Positions 57,707-64,000 of a DNA stretch of 64,000 nucleotides are shown here, piece after piece. Source of the stretch: Candidatus Nomurabacteria bacterium GW2011_GWE1_32_28 (GTDB lineage: Bacteria; Patescibacteriota; Minisyncoccia; Phycocordibacterales; UBA9973); the NCBI GenBank assembly GCA_000989515.1, contig LBOM01000005.1, positions 2,709-66,708 on the forward strand, in the 5' to 3' direction. Both the position numbers and the translations under genes were made by a program. Position 1 is the stretch's first letter. Every line of letters starts with the position of its first letter. The notes beneath the pieces are model-generated. The model was given only the letters and a program-made list of their open reading frames with translations. It did not search any database and was not told the origin of the DNA.

Positions 57707-58526
57707 AGGCCCGGAAGGGCTTTGCTACTTCACGAAGAAATTTGTGATGAAAAAGTGGCTAATAACGGTGAAGTCTTCATTGATGTTTCTGATTTGAGAA
57801 AAATAATATCATTCGATCCTTGATATTATGATTCGCTTGAGGACCAGAAATATGATAAGATAATACCGTGGGAAGTCGATTTAAAATTATGAAAGAAATT
57901 GAGAAAGCTTATATTGCTGGTTTTCTTGATGGAGATGGTAGTCTAATGCTTCAAATTAAAAAAAGAAGTGATAGTAAACGAGGAATTCGTTTTATGACAA
58001 CCATTTGTTTCTATCAAGACACTAGACATGAAAAGACTTTATATTGGATGAAAAAGATTTTAGGTATTGGTTATATTTCCAGAAGAAATGATGGAATGAC
58101 TGAACTTAGAATAAATGGATATGTGCAGATTGCAAAAATTCTTAAAGATTTATTGCCTTTTGTAAAATTCAAAAAAATACAAGCTAATATTTTATACAAA
58201 GCTTGTAATCTTTTATCTAAAACAAAGTTTAGTAATCTCTCGGAAAAACAATTAATTAAGCTCGTTGATTTAATTTTAGTTATTCAAGGTGAAAACTATG
58301 TTACTAAAAAGAAAAAAACCAAAAATGAATTGTTTAAAATTTTAAATTTGACCCCGTAACGACTTGTTTCCGACTTTATGTCGGAACGGACTTACATAAC
58401 ACTGGAAAGTTCTAATATATTTAATATATGAGAACAGGTTTATGTTTGTAATACGCCAACGCCTTAACTTTAATTAAAGAAAGGCGAAGATATAGTCTGC
58501 ACTCCTAGAAATAGGGGAGATATGTG
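57707..58526 (+). mobile_element. Group I intron inserted inside the sarcin-ricin loop of the 23S, carrying a LAGLIDADG homing-endonuclease gene
   Basis: GCTCCTAGT|...|ACGAGAGGACCGGAGTG. The 5' exon ends in U and the insert ends in G. The conserved J8/7-P7 element AAGATATAGTC lies at 58487-58497. Confidence 0.8.
57889..58359 (+). CDS. LAGLIDADG homing endonuclease (single-motif, I-CreI-like)
   Basis: MKEIEKAYIAGFLDGDGSLMLQIKK..., 156 aa from the ATG at 57889, located inside the intron. Confidence 0.9.
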   Translation: MKEIEKAYIAGFLDGDGSLMLQIKKRSDSKRGIRFMTTICFYQDTRHEKTLYWMKKILGIGYISRRNDGMTELRINGYVQIAKILKDLLPFVKFKKIQANILYKACNLLSKTKFSNLSEKQLIKLVDLILVIQGENYVTKKKKTKNELFKILNLTP

Positions 58527-58793
58527 ACGAGAGGACCGGAGTGAACTGACCTCTGGTGTACGAGCTCTATTGCCAAATGGACTGCTCGGTAGCTATGTCG
58601 GGATTGGATAACCTCTGAAAGCATCTAAGAGGGAAGCCAGCTTCAAGATTAGGAATCGTTAAGAACCGTGAGAGATGATCACGTTGATAGGCTTTAAGTG
58701 TAAGCGAGAAGTACTAATGTTTCGATTCCTGTTAAGAAATTTGTAAATCACAATTAAAAAAATAAAAAAATTCATATTAATATTCATTATTAT

Positions 58794-58902
<109 letters not shown>

Positions 58903-59036
58903 ATAGTAATGAATTTTTTTATTTAAATTTGTCGCAGGATGCCCCGTCTTACAGGCACAGTACACCTTTTGGATTTTTTCATTCACGTTGTTCTGAAAAA
59001 TTCTCAAAAGCTCTTGCACTTGGGTCCCAAACCAAA

Positions 59037-59119
<83 letters not shown>

Positions 59120-59143
59120 CACTGAGTATTTGATTCTTTTAAA

Positions 59144-59167
59144 AACCTAATAAATTAATATTAGGTT
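59144..59167 (+). terminator. Terminator 1 after the rRNA locus
   Basis: AACCTAATA-AATTAA-TATTAGGTT followed by a T-run. Confidence 0.7.
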
Positions 59168-59198
59168 TTTTATATATTTATTTGTTTAAAAAATAAAA

Positions 59199-59216
59199 CC
59201 CTTGAATATTCAAGGG
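59199..59216 (+). terminator. Terminator 2 after the rRNA locus
   Basis: CCCTTGAATATTCAAGGG followed by a T-run. Confidence 0.7.
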
Positions 59217-59361
59217 TTTTTTGGGTTTTTAAAAGAGTTAAAAAAAAGATATTACTTACAATACATCATGCAATGGCTTTGGCCATTTGTTGCTGTTTTG
59301 CATTAATTATCAAATTTTTCAATTTGATTAATTCAGTCTTTTGACTGTTGATTCCAAGATT

Positions 59362-59436
59362 TTAAAGAACAATTTTGAAGCTTCTCGAATTTAAATTTAA
59401 GGGTGATGAATGGTTGCGAACCATCAGTGTTTCCAT
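59362..59436 (-). CDS. Possible 24-aa micro-ORF with a strong Shine-Dalgarno sequence (speculative)
   Basis: On the minus strand, GGAGGT then 4 nt then ATG. The product is METLMVRNHSSPLNLNSRSFKIVL. There is no other support. Confidence 0.2.
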   Translation of the reverse strand: METLMVRNHSSPLNLNSRSFKIVL

Positions 59437-59625
59437 GCTAACCTCCAAATTAATTGATCATCTTTGAATTTATCTTTCCCTAAGAATTTAGGGGGAATAT
59501 ATCTTAAGAACAAACTAGATTCATATAAATGATACATCAAATTTTAGATTAATCAATAGGAAATGTGGAAAAACACAAAAGAAAGGATTTTATAGAAAAC
59601 GCTGTTTTATATATTATTTTGATAC

Positions 59626-59654
59626 TTGACATATTCATTTTTAACTTGTAGTAT
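59626..59654 (+). promoter_or_regulatory. Near-consensus sigma70-type promoter for the 59720-62713 operon
   Basis: TTGACA (59626-59631), a 17-nt spacer, then TAGTAT (59649-59654). The leader has a GCCAAAATATTTTTGGC hairpin, and AAGGAGG precedes the ATG. Confidence 0.5.
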
Positions 59655-59719
59655 CAAATTAAGTATGTGCGCCAAAATATTTTTGGCTTTGATAACTTAA
59701 TAAAAGGAGGTACCACGTT

Positions 59720-59989
59720 ATGGCTACAGAAAGATCAGTAGTTGAAGTCAAAGCACGGTGTAAACCACTCTTAGGTCAATTACCACTAGTTGAGTTTGTT
59801 CAACAAAGTGGTAGTCCTACAGCTGCTTATACTATTATTTTTTCTGAAACTAATAGTAAAGAATTAGCAAAGGCGGGACGATGGCTTGCTGTTTTAAAGC
59901 GAGACTTTCCGCAAGAGTATAATTCTGTCATTTTTTCACTTAAATTAAGCCATGCTAATGAAGCAAGGTTAAAAGGAGAATCATCATGA
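59720..59989 (+). CDS. 89-aa protein of unknown function, first gene of the aaRS/rSAM operon
   Basis: AAGGAGG lies 7 nt upstream. Its stop overlaps the next start (ATGA at 59986-59989). No motif was recognised. Confidence 0.6.
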   Translation: MATERSVVEVKARCKPLLGQLPLVEFVQQSGSPTAAYTIIFSETNSKELAKAGRWLAVLKRDFPQEYNSVIFSLKLSHANEARLKGESS

Positions 59990-61305
59990 AAACTGTTTCT
60001 GCAAATCAACATCTCAATGTCCATGCTTGTTCTTTAAATGAATACGATAGACAAAAAATAACCATAAGCGGAGCGATTTACAGAATTCGCAAGTTAGGAG
60101 GAGGGTTATTTTTTATCGTTATTCGCGACGGAGAATCTTTGATTCAATGTAAACTTGAATCAAACGAGAGTATAATTTCTATAGAAGAATATTCTGAAGG
60201 AGATTATGTTTCTATTACGGGTATTTGTCAAAAAGAAAATCGTGCTCCACATGGAGCTGAAATTAAAGTTCAAAGTATAGAAATTTTATCAAAATCAACA
60301 GAAGAGATGCCTTTTTCTATAAATCAAAAGCTCTTTGAAGTTGGTCTAGATAGTAATCTTAACTTTCGTCCAATTAGTTTACGACATCCAAAACAGCGTG
60401 CAATTTTTGCTATTCAATCAGCAATTTCAATGCTTTTCAGGCAGGGATTAAGCTTGATTGATTTTACAGAAATTCACACTCCAAAATTAGTTTTTGCTGG
60501 CGCCGAAGGTGGAGCCAATGTATTCAAGGTAAAATACTTTGAAAGAGAACTTTTTTTGGCCCAATCACCTCAGTTTTATAAACAAATGATGGTTGGAGTT
60601 TTTGGTAAGGTAATGGAGGTGGGTCCAGTATTTAGAGCGGAACCACATGAAACTTCTCGACACCTAAATGAATATACTTCAATGGATCTCGAGGTAGGAC
60701 CAATCAAAAGTTTCGAAGATATAATGGAAATTGAAACTTATCTTCTTAGATATATTTTTGAAGAACTTCCAAAATTCTGTTCAGCAGAATTAAAATTATT
60801 AGAGGTTTCCATGCCACAGATTAATAATATTCCTATTATTAAAATGTCTGAAGCATTGGAAATCATTAGTAAAAATCGTAAAATAAAAGATAGGAGTGAT
60901 CTTGATCCTCAAGGAGAACAGATTATTTGCCAATACATTTTTAAAGAAACTGGTAGCGAATTTGTTTTTGTTACTCACTATCCGACAATTAAACGTCCTG
61001 TATATGCAATGGAAGATCCTGAAAATAATGAAGTTACATTAAGCTTTGATCTACTTTTTCGTGGATTAGAAATCACGACTGGAGGGCAAAGAATCCATGA
61101 CTACAAGATGCAAGTTGAAAAAATGAAACGTCTTGGTTATAATCCAGATGATTTTGTATCTTATCTTCAAATCCATAAATATGGTATGCCACCTCACGGT
61201 GGATTTGGTTTGGGTTTAGAGAGACTAACAATGCAACTTCTTAATCTTTCAAGTATTAAAGAAGCTTGTCTATTTCCAAGAACTATAAATAGGATAACAC
61301 CATGA
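59986..61305 (+). CDS. aspS: Class IIb aminoacyl-tRNA synthetase, archaeal/eukaryal-type aspartyl-tRNA synthetase homolog (full length, with the OB anticodon-binding domain)
   Basis: OB domain ISGAIYRIRKLGGGLFFIVIRDG, QSPQFYKQ, motif 2 VFRAEPHETSRHLNEYTSMDLE, GGQRIHDY, and motif 3 PPHGGFGLGLERL...FPRTINRITP. Confidence 0.85.
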   Translation: MKTVSANQHLNVHACSLNEYDRQKITISGAIYRIRKLGGGLFFIVIRDGESLIQCKLESNESIISIEEYSEGDYVSITGICQKENRAPHGAEIKVQSIEILSKSTEEMPFSINQKLFEVGLDSNLNFRPISLRHPKQRAIFAIQSAISMLFRQGLSLIDFTEIHTPKLVFAGAEGGANVFKVKYFERELFLAQSPQFYKQMMVGVFGKVMEVGPVFRAEPHETSRHLNEYTSMDLEVGPIKSFEDIMEIETYLLRYIFEELPKFCSAELKLLEVSMPQINNIPIIKMSEALEIISKNRKIKDRSDLDPQGEQIICQYIFKETGSEFVFVTHYPTIKRPVYAMEDPENNEVTLSFDLLFRGLEITTGGQRIHDYKMQVEKMKRLGYNPDDFVSYLQIHKYGMPPHGGFGLGLERLTMQLLNLSSIKEACLFPRTINRITP

Positions 61306-62603
61306 AAAACTCAGAATATAAAACAAGGCTTTTCCATGGTTTGCCTGCAGTTTTTTGCAATAACCATTGGGTAGTAATATCTCCTTACGCTGGAGAACTG
61401 GTTCGTATTGATGATGATAAATTTGATAGTCAGGAAACAAAAATAGAGCTAGAAAAGAAAGGATTCTTTGGACATCCATCAGAAAAAGGACCTGGTGCTT
61501 TAAGTGATTACCTTCAGTTGACCTTAATTACAAACAGTGATTGCAATTTAAAATGTAGTTATTGTTTTGCTAACGCTGGAGAAACTAAGATTGTTATGGA
61601 AGAGAATGTGGCTTTTGCTGCGGTTCGTTATTCTGTTAAAAAAGCAAAAAGCAGAGATTTATTAATTTCATTCTTTGGTGGTGAACCTTCTTTAACCCAG
61701 TCATTGATTAAAAAAGTTGTTGCTTATGCAAAGCAATCAATAATCGGTACTGAAGTTAAAAAAGTACGTTTTAATATTACCACTAATGGAGTAATGAGTA
61801 AGTCTTTCTTAAACTTTTTAATTGATAATGATTTTTTTCTTACAATTTCAATGGATGGATTACCTATTGTTCAAAACCATCAAAGACCACTAAGATATCC
61901 ATCAAAAGGAAGCTTTGACTCTTCTCCAATTTTGGAAAGAACAGTTAAAACGTTAGTTGCTAAAAAGCATGAATTTATGATCAGAGCTACAGTTACTGAT
62001 TTTTCTGTAAAATATCTTGTGCAAACAATTCAGTATTTAGATAATCTTGGAGTGACTCAATTTCACTGTGAAGTTATAAATCTTGCTGGTAGAGCCATAA
62101 TTAAAACTAAAGGACAACCAATGAAACGTCCGGCAGTAGATGATTTTATAGAAAATCTTAAAGCTTCTATCTTAGAAGCTGGTAAACTAGGAATGGGAAT
62201 TTTAAACTCATCTTACATGAATCTTCTTCAACCATCAGTGCATTTCTGTGATGGTGTGGGAGGAAATAGAATTTCTGTTTCTTATACCGGTGAAGTAACT
62301 ACTTGTCTTGAAGTACAAGGTGGTTGTCATCCAACAGCTGATAATTTTATTATCGGTGCTTATAATAAAGAAACAGGTGATATAGATATTAGTTCTTTAA
62401 AGCAGCTAAAAATTTGCAGTAATCCAATTACTAGTCAAAATTCTTGCTGTAAGGATTGTTTCGCTATTTACATTTGTGGTGGCGGATGTCCAATTCGTAA
62501 CTATCACATGACAGGTGATCAAAATAAAGTAGATCTTTTTCGTTGTCAGGTTATTAAATCAATTTTACCATTTATCTTTGATCTTTTTGACCAAAGCAGT
62601 TAA
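61302..62603 (+). CDS. Radical SAM enzyme with a C-terminal SPASM domain (peptide-maturase-like)
   Basis: CNLKCSYC (CX3CX2C), GGEPSL and the SPASM motif CKDCFAIYICGGGC (CX2CX5CX3C). An extension of about 80 aa precedes the cluster. Its start overlaps the aspS-like stop (ATGA). Confidence 0.85.
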   Translation: MKNSEYKTRLFHGLPAVFCNNHWVVISPYAGELVRIDDDKFDSQETKIELEKKGFFGHPSEKGPGALSDYLQLTLITNSDCNLKCSYCFANAGETKIVMEENVAFAAVRYSVKKAKSRDLLISFFGGEPSLTQSLIKKVVAYAKQSIIGTEVKKVRFNITTNGVMSKSFLNFLIDNDFFLTISMDGLPIVQNHQRPLRYPSKGSFDSSPILERTVKTLVAKKHEFMIRATVTDFSVKYLVQTIQYLDNLGVTQFHCEVINLAGRAIIKTKGQPMKRPAVDDFIENLKASILEAGKLGMGILNSSYMNLLQPSVHFCDGVGGNRISVSYTGEVTTCLEVQGGCHPTADNFIIGAYNKETGDIDISSLKQLKICSNPITSQNSCCKDCFAIYICGGGCPIRNYHMTGDQNKVDLFRCQVIKSILPFIFDLFDQSS

Positions 62604-62638
62604 ATAGATTAAAATGAATAAGAAGGAGGTGATAAAAG

Positions 62639-62713
62639 ATGAAGACTTATAAACTTATAATTCCAAAAGGAATTATCGTTAAACAAGGTCGCGTTGCTTC
62701 TTGTGACGATTAA
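62639..62713 (+). CDS. Unannotated 24-aa peptide, the candidate precursor or substrate peptide
   Basis: AAGGAGG, then 7 nt, then ATG. The product is MKTYKLIIPKGIIVKQGRVASCDD. It lies 35 nt after the rSAM stop and directly before the terminator. Confidence 0.45.
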   Translation: MKTYKLIIPKGIIVKQGRVASCDD

Positions 62714-62741
62714 ATTCAAGCCAGTTATTCTGGCACATCAA

Positions 62742-62769
62742 GGGATAGAAAAATTAATTTTTCTATCCC
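62742..62769 (+). terminator. Operon terminator
   Basis: GGGATAGAAAAA-TTAA-TTTTTCTATCCC followed by TTTTATT. Confidence 0.75.
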
Positions 62770-62841
62770 TTTTATTATTTTACATCATTGTAAATTTATT
62801 TTAATAATTGTAATATAAATGAGTTCCCTAGTTAAATATTT

Positions 62842-63243
62842 ATGTATAAAAAAGAACAAGAAATAGAAATTAAAAACTTATCACTTTTACCTAAGAATAT
62901 TTTTCATTTAGTTCCTGAAGAACTATTTAATAAGTTTATTAATAAAAATGGTGATTATGATTGTAGATATAAAAAAGTATGGGGAAATAATTCTCCTTTT
63001 ATACATACTACACCCACAAAAAAGCAATTAAAAAAAAGAGTCGCTGATGTTAATTGGTCAAAATATCCAATAAAAAAGAATTTTTTATTATTAAAAATAG
63101 ACACAAGAAAAATTAACAGCAAGGTGACCTATTCAATCTTTGAAAATAATATTTACCACCACATCTGGGGAAAATTACTAAAAGAATCTTTTCAGATAAT
63201 AGATGTCGTTCGTGACAAAAATGGTAAATTTTTATTTTTATAA
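62842..63243 (+). CDS. DUF952-like small protein
   Basis: The pattern SPFIHTTPTKKQL...LLLLKID...YHHIWGKL resembles DUF952 (FIH...Q...LLxID...PHxYG). Confidence 0.5.
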   Translation: MYKKEQEIEIKNLSLLPKNIFHLVPEELFNKFINKNGDYDCRYKKVWGNNSPFIHTTPTKKQLKKRVADVNWSKYPIKKNFLLLKIDTRKINSKVTYSIFENNIYHHIWGKLLKESFQIIDVVRDKNGKFLFL

Positions 63244-63342
63244 GTTTTTTAAGACGATAAGTAGTTTTGTGTAAATATTATTTTGTAATTTATTAAATAA
63301 AAAGAGTATTCACTACATTGAAGTTGTAAATACTCTTTTGGA

Positions 63343-64000
63343 TTAAAATTTAAAAAATGTTTTAGCATTTTTATAAAAAACTTTCTCTTTTATTCTTTCT
63401 CTCTCTGGAGCTGTAAATGTATTTATGGCTGATCTAATAGCATTCATTGATAACCAATGAGAATGTATTACCCCACTAGCTAAATGAGAATATAAACGAT
63501 GATTTTCTTCGTCAACCCAGTGGTATAAATATTCTGTAATAAGCCATTGACCTTTTTTAGGATGTATAAATACTTGAGACCTAATAAGATATAATGGTTC
63601 ATCACTACCAAACATTATTCTATCTTCACCAAATATATCTAGTGCTAGTTTAACTATTTCTGGAGACGGATTAAGGGCGGTATCTAAAAAAATATTTTCA
63701 TACGTTGTAAACTCTTTAAAGACACTTTTGAGTTGAGGAATCAAAACTTTTAAAGATCCGAGGTGTGCAATTGAAATTTTCAAGTTTGGAAAATCTTTTA
63801 AAACTTGTTTTAAGTCTCCCTTACTTTCGGTTATAATTTTTGGTAAATGAAGAATAATTGGAATACCAAGTGTTTGAGCTTCTTCTAATATTTTTGGTTT
63901 GAAAAACTCATAGATTTTTGTAGCTGTAGGTTCTACATAAGAGTAATACATTTTCAAAGCTGAAACTCTTGGATTACTTAACATTGATATTGTATATTCT
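63343..64000 (-). CDS. Amidohydrolase-2 / TIM-barrel metal-dependent hydrolase. The N-terminus lies outside the window.
   Basis: The frame stays open upstream of the ATG at 63984 to the window edge. ILHLP...IAHLG...MFGSDEP is typical of the ACMSD-like amidohydrolase family. Confidence 0.6.
   Translation of the reverse strand, partial: EYTISMLSNPRVSALKMYYSYVEPTATKIYEFFKPKILEEAQTLGIPIILHLPKIITESKGDLKQVLKDFPNLKISIAHLGSLKVLIPQLKSVFKEFTTYENIFLDTALNPSPEIVKLALDIFGEDRIMFGSDEPLYLIRSQVFIHPKKGQWLITEYLYHWVDEENHRLYSHLASGVIHSHWLSMNAIRSAINTFTAPERERIKEKVFYKNAKTFFKF

Noticed and set aside
59720-59989. The 89-aa first gene of the operon as an acyl/peptidyl carrier protein or an NHLP/Nif11-type long-leader precursor
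   Set aside because: No DSL/DSI phosphopantetheine motif was recognised. No Gly-Gly leader cleavage site and no Cys/Ser/Thr-rich core were recognised either. It is left as unknown, with an RRE-like role not excluded.
62614-62652. Alternative 12-aa ORF (MNKKEVIKDEDL) overlapping the Shine-Dalgarno sequence of the 24-aa peptide
   Set aside because: It has no RBS of its own, and it consists largely of the AAGGAGG region that serves the 62639 start. The downstream ORF has the better initiation context.

Overview
This is an AT-rich bacterial window read in the standard genetic code: all three stop codons terminate long ORFs. Its gene content fits a Candidate Phyla Radiation / Patescibacteria (Parcubacteria-like) genome. 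That placement is inference from gene style only, namely compact housekeeping genes, a type IV pilus block, a split ComEC, and a 23S-5S locus with no adjacent 16S.

Layout:
- 1-5.5 kb: pilB-pilC and four pilin-like genes.
- 5.5-31.7 kb: housekeeping genes (tpiA, pgk, recJ, rnhA, comEC, SOD, glyA, tmk, argS, ileS, recO, glyQS, metG, tatD, rpsF-ssb-rpsR).
- 31.7-38 kb: efp, a secreted protease with a Bacteroidota-style T9SS sorting tail, recA and ftsK.
- 38-51.4 kb: an accessory, cell-surface region. It holds a 1096-aa S-layer-like protein, small membrane proteins, a REP-associated tyrosine transposase (RAYT) with its palindromic REPs, and a lipase-like ORF in frame with a 992-aa beta-helix ORF.
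- 51.6-54.2 kb: rplJ-rplL and two further genes.
- 54.6-59.1 kb: a 23S rRNA with two group-I-like insertions (one carries a LAGLIDADG gene and sits inside the sarcin-ricin loop), then a 5S and a partial 5S duplicate.
- 59.6-62.8 kb: the most interesting locus. It is a self-contained operon with its own promoter and terminator. Four ORFs are translationally coupled: an 89-aa protein, an archaeal-type AspRS homolog, a radical SAM/SPASM enzyme, and an unannotated 24-aa peptide ending in Cys-Asp-Asp. I read it as a candidate undescribed peptide-modification (RiPP-like) system that involves an aaRS.

Other notable items:
- A histidine-phosphatase domain inserted in IleRS.
- A REP hairpin in frame inside the RAYT gene.
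- A dispersed AATTACG heptamer-array family, one copy of which is in frame in rnhA.
- A nested, G.U-compensated structured element upstream of 38208.
- A 23S region where I could not locate the A-loop segment colinearly.

No CRISPR array and no tRNA gene could be supported.
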